DNA of 64,000 nucleotides from Octopus vulgaris (taxonomy: Eukaryota). This document shows positions 23,886-37,918 of this stretch, piece after piece; the stretch's first letter is position 1, and the number at the start of each line of letters is the position of its first letter. Made by a program: the position numbers and the translations under genes. The notes below the pieces were generated by a model. It was not told the origin of the DNA. It did no database searches and saw only the letters and a program-made list of their open reading frames with translations. The DNA lies in NCBI GenBank assembly GCA_951406725.2, contig OX597816.1:169570001-169634000 (forward strand), written 5' to 3'.

Positions 23886-25146
23886 TTCGAGGGTTGGCTG
23901 AAAAGTTCATAGGCTGGTCAATGTACTTTCATGGAATGTGACCAAATGAGGTTTATTTTTTAACGTAGTCCTATTGCGGTTCATACACTACTTCCATCGG
24001 TGTTGCAGTTCTTGGATCCCATTGATGAAGAAGTTTTCATCCTGTTAGTCAAAAAAGTCATCGACAGCAGGTATGATGCCATCATCGGTGTTTTTGTGTT
24101 AGGGAGTAGATGATACATGAGACGAAATCGGAAGAATGAGGAGGGTAACCAGTCAGTTCAACAGCTATTCAAACCAAGAGCTTTTATGCTGGAGTATTGT
24201 ACTCATGAAACAAGGGCCCTTTCGTCAGTTTTCCTGGTCATTTGTTCTTGATAGCCTTTCGTGGGTGCCACAGTAAACTGGCATAGTACTCTCCATTGAC
24301 AGTGTAGCCTTTTTGAAGACAGTCAATAAGCACATGGCATTTTGGATTTTAAAAAATTGAAAGCATCACCTCCACTGCAGATGGAGCGACCTTGATCTTC
24401 GTTGTAGCAGTTGAGTAGGGCTGTTTCCACTGCATGGACTCGCTTTGCATTTGGCTCAAATTGATAAAGCCAACACTCATCTTGGGCGGATTAGGAAACG
24501 TTTAAAAGAAACCAGCTGGATCTGCCTCAAACAATGTCAAATCTAGCTGTGACGTGATCAGCTTAGTGTGCTTTTGATTAGGTGTCAGAAGACGTGGCAC
24601 TCACTGAGCAGAATCCTTTGTCATGCCAAGTTCATTATGCAGAAAATTCTCAACTATCTCATGGTATATGCTAACAGTATCGGCTATTTGATTTACAGTC
24701 AATCGCCTGTCATCCATCAGCATGTAGTGAATACGATCAATGTTTTCCTCTATGGTGGCAGTTGCAGGACGTCCAAACGTTGGGTCATATTCAAGGCTTT
24801 CCGTTCCCCTCCTAAATTCAGCTGCCCACTTTTGAACTGTTTATAAAGCTGGAGCGTCATCCTTTAATGAAACACCCATGTCAGCACGAATGTCGGGGAG
24901 TGGGGAGCTTAAACCTTTTTTCTGGAGGTATTTGATAACACCAAATGCCAAATTTAGTCCATTTTCAAGAGAAGTGGCAGCTAGTTACTTTTGAATTGTT
25001 GTTTTGACAGCGAGATGTCAGTTTATCAGGAAAGAAACAATGCAGTTATCTTTAAAGAGTGTTGAAACTAATATATGCAAGATTTTACAGCTGTATTGCA
25101 ACACTCCTTCATAGTCACCATATAAACTTTTCAGTCTACTTTCGTA
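23886..25146 (-). mobile_element. Full-length decayed mariner-like transposon (~1.26 kb)
   Basis: Imperfect TIRs cgagggttggctgaaaagttcata / tataaacttttcagtctactttcg; minus strand has KWAAEFRRGTESLEYDPTFGRP-type HTH region with stops. Confidence 0.8.
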
Positions 25147-25617
25147 TGTTGTGGACAGCAACAAAAAGTATAAGTATATAATAAGTTTATGAGGTCACGC
25201 ATATCTGCACTTTTATCGCCCCCACCCCAGTACTTTTATGAGTTTAAACATCTTAGAATCAATTAAAAACTGTTTATTATCAATCGTCCTCAACTTTGCC
25301 GCTGCTACGACCAGCATCCTCATAACTGGGACGATGCCAGTCAGCACCATGTTTGTTGCTGCCGCGACCGATGTCACTACTACTACGACGATGATTATCA
25401 CAGCTGTCTTCTATCACATTATCACCAATAACTACCAGGATATGTACCACCAACACCATCATCGACTACTACCACGGCATATACGACCATCACCAACAAC
25501 ACCTATGTAGACAGTCATCCTCACTACCTCTGCTGCCAGCCGACAGCTAGACATCCACCACCACCACCACCACCACCACCACTTCCATTATGACCTAAAC
25601 CGTTTTTGACGAGCAAA

Positions 25618-25800
25618 TCATCATCATCATCATTGTTCGACCGTGGTCGAGACAATGGAATTTACCATGTTGCGCCAGACTTCACGGTCCATCATGGCAT
25701 TACGGAGGTCCTGTTGCTGGATGCCTGTATCCCTGGAGATTACATCAGGGTAGGAGAGTGTGCGCCCTCTGGTGTTGCGAGTAAAAGCGGTGTCACTGCC
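25618..25800 (-). mobile_element. 5'-truncated RTE-group LINE 3' end with (TGA)n tail; second copy 54708-54870
   Basis: RGRTLSYPDVISRDTGIQQQDLRNAMMDREVWR..EQ*; two near-identical copies. Confidence 0.8.
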
Positions 25801-25983
25801 CGTTTGCCAATCTAAACGGAAGGATTCACATAAACTTACATTTCTTAAACTTATTCTCCGGATGACGGTCTTTCTGACTGAACTATTCAACTTCCCTCTA
25901 TGCATTGGGATCTTGATAAATTTCTTCCACCCACTTTAAAATTTTTCAAGTTTTCGCTAGTTTATGAGAAAAAAAAAAATATA

Positions 25984-26154
25984 GGCGCAGGAGTGGCTGT
26001 GTGGTAAGTAGCTTGCTAACCAGCAATATGGTTCTGGGTTCAGTCCCACTGCGTGGCATCTTGGGCAAGTATCTTCTGCTATAGCCCCGGGCCGACCAAA
26101 GCCTTGTGAGTGGATTTGGTAGACGGAAACTGAAAGAAGCCTGTCGTATATATG

Positions 26155-26185
<31 letters not shown>

Positions 26186-26411
26186 ATATGTTTGTGTGTC
26201 TGTGTTTGTTCCCCTAGCATTGCTTGACAATCGATGCTGGTGTGTTTACGTCCCCGTCACTTAGCGGTTCGGCAAAAGAGAACGATAGAATAAGTACTGG
26301 GCTTACAAAGAATAAGTCACGGGGTCGATTTGCTCGACTAAAGGCGGTGCTCCAGCATGGCCGCAGTCAAATGACTGAAACAAGTAAAAGAGTAAAAAGA
26401 GAGTAAGAGAG
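25984..26411 (+). mobile_element. SINE family B, full length
   Basis: Same head, core, microsatellite and tail as 13509-13900. Confidence 0.92.
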
Positions 26412-26647
26412 TCCCTTTGTAATTTTGCATGCTGATGGAATCAACAATAAAAAAGTTACAAGCATTTAAAATCATATAATTTTAGCCAATCGAAGAGGTC
26501 CTTTGCCAATAGAATGTAGTTCGGAAATGTCTGTTGCCCTGGCACTTAGGCAAGTGTCTTCTCCAAATGGCCTCGGTCTGAAGAATTGCTGTTGGCATGA
26601 CCCATGTTTTGAGAGTCTGGTACGTGAAAACTGTGGAAACCGTCTTA

Positions 26648-26838
26648 CGTAACTTAGCGGTTCGGCAAAAAAGAGACCGATGAAATAAGTACTAGGCTTA
26701 CAAGAATAAGTCCTGGGGTCGATTTGATCGACTAGAGTTCAAATTCCGCCGAGGTCGACTTTGCCTTTCATCCTTTCGGGGTCGATTAAATAAGTACCAG
26801 TTACGCACTGGGGTCGATATAATCGACTTAATCCGTTT
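26648..26838 (+). mobile_element. Chimeric SINE B / SINE A fragment
   Basis: B-type sequence to ..gatcgactag (~26735), then A-type gagttcaaattccgccgagg.. Confidence 0.8.
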
Positions 26839-26874
<36 letters not shown>

Positions 26875-26979
26875 TTGTCTACTACTAAATCCTTCATTTC
26901 AAAGTGGAATCCCAGAAGTCTAGAGAATAACTAACACACATAAAAAAAGTAAACAAGTAATAGGGGCGATTTATTCGAC

Positions 26980-27019
<40 letters not shown>

Positions 27020-27333
27020 ACGTGTGTGTGCGCGTGTTTAATGCTTGACAATCTCCGTTTTGAGTGAATAAGACGGCACATTTCTTGCATTTATTTCTCA
27101 AAATATCTATTCATATCTTTAAACTCAAATTAATGAGTTATATCTTGTGGTGTTAGCATATACCAAGCAAGTGATGCACAGCGCATACACTTAAACAAAA
27201 TCAGATGGAAAAATCACACAATTCCGCCAATTCTTTCTTTTGTTGCCTTAATTCCGGTTAGCATGCACAGAACAAACAGTACATACAATCAAAAGGTATT
27301 TTAGTTATATTTTTTAAGGATTAATTACATAAT

Positions 27334-27496
27334 AGCGTAGGAGTGGCTGTGTGGTAAGTAGCTTGTTTACGAACCACATGGTTCCGGGTTCAGTCCCACT
27401 GCGTGGCACCTTGGGTAAGTGTCTTCGACTATAGCCTCGGGACGACCAAAGCCTTGTGAGTGGATTTGGTAGACGGAAACTGAAAGAAGCCCGTCG

Positions 27497-27568
<72 letters not shown>

Positions 27569-27792
27569 TGTTTGTGTGTCTGTGTTTGTCCCCCCAACAT
27601 CGCTTGACAACCGATGGTGGTGTGTTTACGTCCCCGTAACTTAGCGGTTCGGCAAAAAAAGACACCGATAGAATAAATACTAGGCTTACAAAGAATAAGT
27701 CCTGGGGTCGATTTGATCGACTAAAGGCGGTGCTCCAGCATGGCCACATTCACATGACTGAAACAAGTAAAAGAGTAAAAGAGCAAAAGAGT
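27334..27792 (+). mobile_element. SINE family B, full length
   Basis: As other B copies. Confidence 0.92.
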
Positions 27793-27879
27793 AATAGTAA
27801 TGGTAGCAATTTCATCGCTTGGAAATTTATGCGCGCGCATACTCGTATGTTTGTGTGCATGTATAACTATAGCAATTTC

Positions 27880-28715
27880 ACTCTAAATTCCTCCTGTGCT
27901 CTCGAGTATATTGAGCAACAAGTTATCGTCCCTTGTTTCTGTTGGCTGCAGTTTTCTCTGCATCCACCCATGTAATATCGGTCTCTGTCATGTCGGTTGT
28001 GAATGCTCTGCGCCGTGTAGTTTTCGGACTTTCCCTCTACTTTTCCTCCGGTAGCCTTCCCTGTTTTAGCATGGCGTTGTTTTAGCTACCGGTGTATGTG
28101 ACTTGCGAGTTCTAATTTTGTTCTTTGATTGTTTCGCCTAGTGGTCTTGCGTTGTCTTTCTTTAGAATAACTTCATTGATTACGCAGTCTTGCCAGTACG
28201 TCATCAGAATTCTCAAGCATTTCTGGTGGAACACATCTCGTTTTTTTTTTTGTCGATTTTGTGCTCGCTAGCACAAATTGGTAGAACTATGTTATTTATA
28301 AAGTTGGATCTTTGATATTGGTCGATGGTAATGAAATGCCAGATACCACACCTTCTCTGGAATGTGCCCTGCCAACTAGATGGTTGACACCAGTCTCACT
28401 ATTGGAATTGTTCCTGATGATGCTACCTAGATAGGTAAATATGATTACTGTCTTGTTTTGCTGATTGATCTTTGTAATCGTACTATTCCATAGATATCGT
28501 TTGTAATGTCATTGTTTTAGTTTTCTTCACACTGATTGTTGCATCGATCTTCTCTGCATTCTGTTCTAGTTTAGTTGTGGGTCATTCTACGTTTTCCTCA
28601 TCTTCAGCGAGCCAGACAATGTTCTCTGCGAACACCAGTTCTTTCAGTCGCAGCCGTTGTTTCCATGGTATTCTCCCATCAGGTATGCTCAGTGTTTGTC
28701 AAGTCATTGACAAAG
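27880..28715 (-). mobile_element. Highly decayed RTE-like LINE 3' part
   Basis: LVFAENIVWLAED (FADD-like), ISVKKTKTM, and an aggaggaatt-type 3' end. Confidence 0.55.
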
Positions 28716-29017
28716 TATTGAAGGATGTTACAGTAAAAGGATGAACAAGGGCGACTTTGCTGAGATCGGAAGAACAATATTACCGATGAATGGAACACTT
28801 TCGAGAAATATCAAATCAATCAATCAACACCGACAGAATTGTACAACTTTGACCAACAAAACGATAAGAAAGCCTTGGAGGGAGATGAAGATCAAATGAC
28901 GAGAGAAAAGTCAACAAAAACTAATCAAAAAGTTAAAAAACAACACAGCTGCAGGATTGGCTGAAATCATAGTGTGCATGCATGTATACACACACACACA
29001 CACACACATACACACAT

Positions 29018-29057
<40 letters not shown>

Positions 29058-29245
29058 GTATAAACATAAATACATGTGCGTTATATGTTATATATATGTG
29101 CGTTATATGTTATATATATGTGTGTATATATATATATATATACAGGAGTCAGTGTGTTGCATGAACAACTGCACATAGTGAAAATCTTTGAACAGCTACG
29201 CAGCAACGGGTTATAGCTGCATCTTCCAAAGAATAAACATCACTT

Positions 29246-29605
29246 ATACATACACACATACATACATACATACATGCATGCATACATACATACATACATG
29301 CATACATACATACATACATACATACATACATGCATGCATACATACATACATACATACATACATACATACATACATACATACATACATACATACATACATA
29401 CATACATACATACATACATACATACATACATACATACATACATACACACATACATACATGCATACATACATACATACATACATGCATACATGCATACATA
29501 CATGCATACATGCATACATACATACATACATACATACATACATACATACATACATACATACATACATGCATACATACATGCATACATACATACATACATA
29601 CATAC
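29246..29605. repeat. (CATA)n/(CATG)n microsatellite; similar (TATG)n at 38716-38917
   Basis: Visible. Confidence 0.95.
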
Positions 29606-29640
29606 GTGTGTGTACATTCACACACACACACACGTGTGGT

Positions 29641-30309
29641 AAATGCACAAACGAAAAGTGATGGACTCAGAATGGCAATTAAAAAACGTATAATAAATGC
29701 AGAGACGAATGGAAAAACCAAAAGGTATTAGACAGCTGGCAGAAACGTTAGCACGCCGGGCGAAATGCGTAGCAGTATTTCGTCTGCCGTTACGTTCTGA
29801 GTTCAAATTCCGCCGAGGTCGACTTTACCTTTCATCCTTTCGGGGTCGATTAAATAAGTACCAGTTACACATTGGGGTCGATATAATCGACTTAATCCGT
29901 TTGTCTGTCCTTGTTTGTCTCCTCTATGTTTATCCCCTTGTGAGTAGTAAAGAAATAGGTATTTCGTCTGCCGTTACGTTCTGAGTTCAAATTCCGCCGA
30001 GGTCGACTTTGCCTTTCATCCTTTCGGGGTCGATTAAATAAGTACCAGTTACGCACTGGAGTCGATGTAATCGACTTAATCCGTTTGCCTGTCCTTGTTT
30101 GTCCCCTCTGTGTTTAGCCCCTTGTGGGTAGTAAAGAAATAGGTATTAGACAGTTTACCTTCTGGTTGATAACTAATAAGGAATTTCGGGACCTTCTGTA
30201 TCTGTTTTCCGTCCGTTTGTGCATATAATATACGTTTTCCTGTTCGTCTGTGCATTTATTATACCTTTATTAACTTGCCATTCTCTGTCCGTGTTTTGTT
30301 TATGCATTT
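29641..30309. mobile_element. Fold-back/MITE-like element interrupted by a SINE dimer
   Basis: 29641-29718 (agaatggcaa..tataataaatgca) is the reverse complement of 30234-30309. Confidence 0.6.
29736..30140 (+). mobile_element. SINE family A dimer with 13-bp TSD
   Basis: Junction aaataggtatttcgtctg near 29953-29970; TSD aggtattagacag at 29723-29735 and 30141-30153. Confidence 0.92.
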
Positions 30310-30410
30310 TCAACTCATTTTTTCACTTATTATTTAACGGAACGCAACGCACCCTGGTTTTGTATTAACAGTAAGTTATATATATGTATATATATATATA
30401 CACATACATA

Positions 30411-30490
<80 letters not shown>

Positions 30491-30886
30491 CTAGCAGTAT
30501 TGCCCGGCGTTGCTCGGGTTTGTAAGGGAAATGACTATAAAGCATTTTTAGAGAGTTATAGCCAAAAATTAGCAAAAAAATGCATTAAAAATGGAAAAAA
30601 AAATTATGGTCAATTTTTTTTAAATCTTTGACTCATCGTAGACATTTTTAGAGAGTCACTTCCCTTATATAATAGCAAAAAATGCATTAAAATGGAAAAA
30701 AATGATGGGAAATTATTTTAAAAATCGTAGACTCATCGTAGACGCGCGCTAATACCCAGAAGGGCTCGATATGAATCACGACTATAAGATAACCGGTTTT
30801 GGTTAAACTGCACCGCAAAATGTGGGAGTAGTTAGGAATCTAAATCGTAGGAGACAGACACACAACCTTACTTTTATATATAAAGA
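30491..30886 (-). mobile_element. Non-autonomous Helitron in (TA)n
   Basis: Minus strand starts TC, ends CTAG, hairpin cccgagcaacgccggg ~12 nt from the end, inserted between A and T; internal ~100-bp tandem duplication. Confidence 0.85.
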
Positions 30887-32869
30887 TATATATATATATA
30901 TATATATATACGACATATGAGTAATAAACGCTATGTTTTCAATTCTTTTTCCACTTTTGAAAAGAAACCACTCTGTATGTGTTTCTCATTAACATTTCAT
31001 CAAAAAGAATCTTTGATTTTCCTGTTGAAAAGCAAACACAAAAATCAAAGTTCTTTATAATTAGCAAAACTATAGCTATATGAAAACGGCCCTTGAACAC
31101 TAATATATTTATATATTTCATTTTTGAAGTGGGAGTGATATCAGATTATGTGAAATTCTTAACCAAACAATCTATTTCAAATAACATATAAGATTTCTTA
31201 CTAATTAGAAATCAAAGTATTTGAAAGTTTAGACGAAAACAACAAACTACACGGCTTTAGTAGTACGCTCCTCAAAATATACTAGCTTAAACTTCATGAG
31301 TGTCTAAAGTACGTCATAAGTGGAAAGTTGAGTTAAATATCATTATCTGTTTCCATTGGAAACATTTTTGATCAACCAATAAAGTTATACGCACTGTATT
31401 GAAAATCTTTTTCACCTTTTGAAGTAGGCATTAGAATGCTTTTGATAATATTGTGTCGTTAATTATTTCATGTTTAACTTATTCTTGTTGAATTTAGTAG
31501 CATAGTAGTATTTCTTTTATTGAACTTCTGAAGAATGAAATACAATATTGGCAGTGAATTTGAAATAATAGTAAAAAAAAACAAAAAAAAAAACACGTGA
31601 CACTGTAAAGTAACTAATGCAATTATCTGTCACCTACCGTTCCGCTCCCATTTGCCAAGCTGAATCATTTTTCTTGCCAAAAAAAAAAAAAAAAAATTAA
31701 AAAATAAATAAATAAAAGATAAGAAAAAAATCGATTGTGATGTAATACTGCGATTTTATTGAACCCAGTAGAGTCTAAATATAAATCGTGGCTGGAAGAA
31801 ATTTCAAATTTATACAGTAAAGATGCGACTCTTGAAGTTTACGGCTCCGTGCATCAATATAATTTGAATTATATAACTCCAGTCAGGTATTTACTTCTCC
31901 CAATAGTGAAAGTTATGTTCAACTTACTTAAAACTGTATGAGTGACTAAGTCCAATGAATAAGAACCGTATCACTTTTCTTAGACTTTCCGTCTACAGAA
32001 ACTCCTCAAATATTCCTATTATATACATCACGATCATAAACTCCAGATAGAAAGCTTATGCTCCTTTAATTCCAAGTTCCATAAATAAGCCACACACAAA
32101 AAAAAAAACCCGTTGATACTATTGAACAGAATAGTTGAGCTTTCTAGATTCATCAATGTCCGACTTTAATTTTCATTCTTTCGGGGTCAATGAAAGAAGC
32201 ACTAATCAAAAACTGTAGTCGTTTTAATCGGCTATGTTCTCCCAAAATATGTGGTGATGTGCTTATCATCGTAATCGATAATACAGAACATCTGTCGGAA
32301 TATATAGAGCACCTTAGAGCCGTAACGTCTCTTTGCAGCAAATTTTATATATTTCTTGACAGCCTCTTTGAGTAAATTCATATTTACATTAGTGACACAA
32401 CTCTCTAGCAACACATTTTCACTTACGACCAATGAAGTTGGAACTAAATAATATTTTTTTTACGCAAAAATAAATTAAAGGAAAAACCCATTAAGTTTTC
32501 GAATAACCACTTTGATAACAACAAGAATGTGATACAAAATGTCTCCTTGTTAATTAAATTAAATTAAAACAAAATAATTAAATAATTTTATGTAAAGCCC
32601 TTCGTCTTGTTCCAAACATTATTAGCTTAAGACAGAAAAATTAATTAAAAAATGTTATGTGCCTTTCATTATAAATATATCCATAAATAAGTTCATGCTA
32701 TTTCTACGGGAAATCGTTAATTTTTTTTATTCATTTATTAGTTGTGTTTTTTATCAATTAATAGATACATAAATAAAACAAATTGTAGGAAATGCAGACT
32801 TCAAGAAAACCGTAAAAATATACCCTTTTAGTAAAACCTATGTAAGCATCCATGCAATTGTAGAAGGAC

Positions 32870-32871
<2 letters not shown>

Positions 32872-32945
<74 letters not shown>
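32872..32945. repeat. (GA)n microsatellite
   Basis: Visible. Confidence 0.95.
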
Positions 32946-32948
<3 letters not shown>

Positions 32949-33874
32949 GGCAGTCGGAAAGAAAAAAAAACTTATGTCGTGTTTGTGATGATAGTACATT
33001 TGTTCTTTAAATTTCTGTGCTGGAATGAGAAGTATTCACACATTTACACAGAGCATTTCGCTATATTTTGGCCAACTGCGCTGTCAGCTGTGTTCAAGAA
33101 GAGCATTTAGTCTAACATCTGAGTACGCATATGTGGCTTGTACTATGCACCATACACATATACACACACATTTGCAAATGAATTGCATATCATATGTTAA
33201 GGTATTTTATGCTATATTTACATTATCGATAATCTGTTACTTTGACTAATACTTGTTATTTTCTATTAATGTTAGTATATTTAACTCTCACTTGATAAAA
33301 ACAAAAACGAAAAACAACATTGTTAATTTACAAAATTCGTTATAACATGGCAGCGAACATTCTATGAAGTATTAAAATAGACAACAGCATTTTAAATTTG
33401 ATCGTGGGATTCCAAGTAGACGCACGATTTAGTTTTCACGGCAACTTCCAAGGTGTCCATGAGAAAGCCACAATTACAATATATTTTGCACTACATCTGA
33501 TATTGTTCAATGATGTCTCTATTGATTTACATCGTTTATCATATTTTAAACTAGCTAAACCTAGACTGCATAAAAGCGACATCCTTAGAACTAACTTCCA
33601 CACTTCTAAACCTAGTTCCTCCAAACCGAATCCAAGCATTCACAAAGTAAGTCTACAATCTTCATAATACGTGTGATGCTGTTTATTTTCAAATTTTGCT
33701 TCGGGATTTCTTAGTTATTTAGAGTTTGAAATTGTAGGTTTTTCAGCAGATTATGACTAAAATCATTAACCATTCAAAGGGCGTAAAAAAAGAAAAAAAA
33801 AGAGAAAAATCATGTTTACACAGACACTTATGTTAGCATATATGTGTTGTATGTGTATACAAATGAATATATAT

Positions 33875-34209
33875 TCTTTTACTCTTTTACTTGTTTCAGT
33901 CATTTGACTGTGGCCATGCTGGAGCACCGCCTTTTGTCGAGCAGATCGACCCCAGGACTTATTCTTTGTAAGCCTAGTACTTATTCTATCGGTCTCTTTT
34001 GCCGAACAACTAAGTTACGGGGGCGTAAACACACCAGCATCGGTTGTCAAGCGATCTTTCAGTTTTCGTCTACCAAACCCACTCACAAGGCTTTGGTCGG
34101 CCCGAGTCTATACTAGAAGACACTTGCCCAGGGTGCCACGCAGTGGGACTGAACCCGGAGCCATGTGGTTCGTAAGCAAGCCTACTTACCACACAGCCAC
34201 TCCTACGCC
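33875..34209 (-). mobile_element. SINE family B lacking the internal microsatellite
   Basis: Head and tail intact; deletion junction near 34055. Confidence 0.9.
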
Positions 34210-34416
34210 TATACGATATGTGTATGTAATTATTTTGACTAATGGGTATATGTCAATTAGTGTGTTAAGTAAAGGACTTTCATAGTTTAGGCGATCTGGA
34301 GTCATTCACGGTTGAGTTATATATTCCGCAGTGTTAGTTGAGATAATAACTGATGGCACGAACAACATTCCTAGGAAATCTCAGTACATGTTGCTGGAAT
34401 CCCCTTCTTTATGCAT

Positions 34417-34529
34417 GTACCTGCTGTGACACAAACTCCACAGATTGATGCAAGACTATCAGACGCACAATATCCTACCTATAACAGACAGTTTTAGGAT
34501 GGGTCGAAACGATCGTCGTACTCAATAAA
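34417..34529 (+). ncRNA. Decayed hammerhead motif
   Basis: gtac-CTGCTGT-GAC..GTC-GAAAC gatc GTC-gtac, AATAAA at 34524-34529; two core substitutions. Confidence 0.55.
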
Positions 34530-34621
34530 AACTAGTGCTAGATCTATCTTCCATTTCCTTCATCAATTATATGTGTATGTGTGTACTCGTGCGCGTGTTC
34601 GTGCGTGCGTGTATATATATG

Positions 34622-34663
<42 letters not shown>

Positions 34664-35585
34664 GACTCATTTATGCTTAAGCGTGTCTATGTGAGGAGCA
34701 TTAGAACGCTATAAAGTAATGGCCGTGAGGTATGTAAATTGACATGCTAATGTATATATATATAGGTAGCTTATGAACTTTTCAGCGCGCCTTCATATTT
34801 AGCTCTCTCTTGATAATTTGGTAACAATTAGCAGACTTAATTGAAAATTTCAAAAATCACCGAAGGCAGGAAAATAAAGTAAACGAAGGAAAAATAAAAT
34901 AAATTTCTGAACATTACATTAAATTAAATGCTGAAGAAAAGGATGAAAAATTGAAATGAAATTTTTGAGATACTGACGAAAGAAAATTACAGTGTCAAGA
35001 ACTAATGAATTGGTATAATGAATTTGCAACAGCCATTTGCGTGTAAGACCATTTAAATATAAATAGATTATTAGCAATTTGGAAAGAAACGAACAGGAAA
35101 AAATCGGAAACGAAATTAGAGGGCGGTGGGGGTGGCAGGAGTAGGAATCTTAATCATTATATTATTCAACAGCCATCCAGATAATAACATCTCTTTTTAA
35201 AGTTGTGGTGCATGCAATCATCAATAAAAGTATGCTCAATGTTTCAAGTATCACGAAAAGAGGAAAAAGAACAGAAGTTATAACAAAATTTATACGTTGA
35301 AATATCGAATACTTTTCCGTGGTTGTTGTACAAAACTTGATATCTGGGTTGTCTGTTTCTGATGCATTTTTACATTGGTTGGATTATTGTACAGTGTTTT
35401 AGCCTCTTAGCGGTCACAATCAAAATCGTTGATCTGCGTGAAGAATGGCGAAATGATTTCGAGTCTCCGGTATAAAGAAGAGTTTTGTAGTAGCTTTTCT
35501 TTGACTTCGTTTTTATAAAACCTCCAAGAGTTGTCTTGGCTAGAAACTTGAGAGAGCTGATGGAGATCGTGACAAATCACGAACC

Positions 35586-35816
35586 TATTTCTTTATTACC
35601 CACAAGGGGCTAAAGACAGAGGGGACAAACAAGGACAGACATAGGTATTAAGTCGATTACATCGACCCCAGTGCGTAACTGGTACTTAATTTATCGACCC
35701 CGAAAGGATGAAAGGCAAAGTCGACCTCGGCGGAATTTGAACTCACAATGTAACGCAGACGAAATACCGCTAAGCATTTCGCCCGGCGTGCTAACGTTTC
35801 TGCCAGCTCGTCGCCT
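35586..35816 (-). mobile_element. SINE family A monomer
   Basis: Full head and tail. Confidence 0.9.
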
Positions 35817-37447
35817 TGAACCGTTGATCACGAACCGTTGATCTTTCATGATAAAAATAATAGAACTATTTTTAAAGTATTCAATGCATTTAATATTTTT
35901 TATAAATTAGTATATCAGTGTATATAATTATGTTACTTCAACAATCTCAACATAACTATACTGTACTTTCTGCAATCTGCTATTTTATAACTGATTTTCT
36001 GTATTCTCTGTCAAAAGAAGAGCAGATTGTGTTCTTTGTTTTTGATATATAATAATTAGCAATTTATGAAATTAATGTCTTTCCTCGTTGTTTCAGTGGT
36101 ATCATTGAACGGAAATAGCGTTCATTATGAATCGAATCCGAGACGCTGTTTCGTATCTACGGAAGCTTACTTTTATCTCGTAGATACTGCTTTAGCTTTC
36201 AGCACAAAGCAGCTTTTTAAAATGAGCACTCTACCAGTCGTGCATATATATACCTATCCAGAAATGTGAATACTGGCACAATGCACACACAGGCACGCAC
36301 ACTCGGGCGCATGCACACACACACATTACATGTATGTATATGTATTTATATGTGCAAACGCACAAGTGCATATTTTAGTTTTTGTAGAGTCAATTACAAA
36401 CTGAAATCGATTTTGTGTGTACATATTATATACATTAGTGGTGTGAGGGTGAATCGTTCTAATATTACCGGTAATTTCAGTGAACCAGTCAACAAAATTG
36501 TAATTGCCACAGAATGGAATAATTAATGCTGTAGCTTCGCAAAATTAACTCGACTGGCTTCCAATAAAAGTTCACCTCTGGACTTGGGCTATAATGGGTT
36601 TACTATGTGTTTCTACTTTTCGACCTTCAGAATCCACGATGGATAGAGAACATAACATTAATACCAGCATAAAATAATTTCTACGAAGGACCAAAGCGGG
36701 AGTCTATGTGGTCTCTCAGTCAGCTGAAAATAATAGACAAATCTCCCTTAAACTACACGATATGTCTTTAAAAATGGCTGTTCGAATAATGATTTGTTGT
36801 TGTTTTTTGATGTTGATGATGATGATGATGAATAGATTCATCATCGATTTTTTTTTAGAACATTCAATTGTTAGATCAAGTGAATTACCTATTCGTTTTA
36901 ATTAAGGTGATTTCCACGGGCATGCGTACTCTGAACATAACTTCTCAGGCTGAATGGATGTAAAAAGTTATTCAACGGAACTTCCACACTGTTCCATTCA
37001 TCCAACTTCACTCAAAGTGCTTGGGTCGATTCAAGGCTATACGAGTAAGCTAACTGAGATACACACAGCAAAATAAACTAGGAGGCCTCACGAATGCGAA
37101 ACGAACTTCTTAACCAGTAACATATGAATGTGCCTATTGAATAATGTCGAGTATAGTATACCCGAAAACAGACAGAAAGACTATACTGGTTGAAATGCCT
37201 TCTGTCTTAGTTGTTTTTCCATCGGTATTGCGTATTAAGCAGTAAGAGCAGCAAATAGCATTAGCTCTATCGAGCCAACAAAGTAGTATCTACGCAGATA
37301 CGTTGAATATTAAAAGAATAGAGCAAATCTTTCTATACCATTAGCGCATGGCGGTTTCTTCGACAACTACTGTGTTTATGGAAACTTTTTGGTAAATAAA
37401 AGTGTGTTTTCCATTTGTGAGCGAATTATAGCTGGGATGCTTTATAT

Positions 37448-37918
37448 CAGGGGTTCTCAGCTGGGGGGCCATATGACCATTGGTGTCCATATATAATTTT
37501 CTTAAGATTTATTAACAATAAATTGTTATTATTTCGTTTTTGGATTTGGTTTGCAAAATGCGCACAAACAAACAAAAAGGAAACGCAGTGTAAATAACGG
37601 ACAGAGTCAAGACTATTGTAAAGGTTGCAACACGCAACGAAAATTTTAGAAAATGAAAATAAGAAATAAGTGGAAATTTTACCGGTGAGTGTGTTAAATA
37701 ATAAGATATAAAAGAGAATGACTCTCCCCAGACACAACAAAATTGTTAATACTTCTACAACATACAAAATATCTTTAATATTTCATACAATTCCTAATAG
37801 TTCAGTATAAAAATACAGTAATATTTTTTTAATATACACATCAAATGGCTATGGAGGCCCAGTAATGTAAAATATGAATCAAGGGAGTCTATAGACAAAA
37901 AATAGTTGAGAATCTCTG
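37448..37918. mobile_element. Non-autonomous hAT element
   Basis: TIRs caggggttctcagc / gttgagaatctctg; 8-bp TSD ctttatat / ctttacat. Confidence 0.8.

Noticed and set aside
25238-25590. Thr/His-rich ORF
   Set aside because: Degenerate trinucleotide low-complexity tract with no domain signal.
31759-33667. Short non-repetitive ORFs as host exons
   Set aside because: No recognisable domain or consistent splice-phase chain; 32150-32230 is a decayed SINE A piece. Small exons cannot be excluded without RNA data.
36153-36187. Hairpin gtatctacg/cgtagatac as a pre-miRNA
   Set aside because: The 9-bp stem is far too short.
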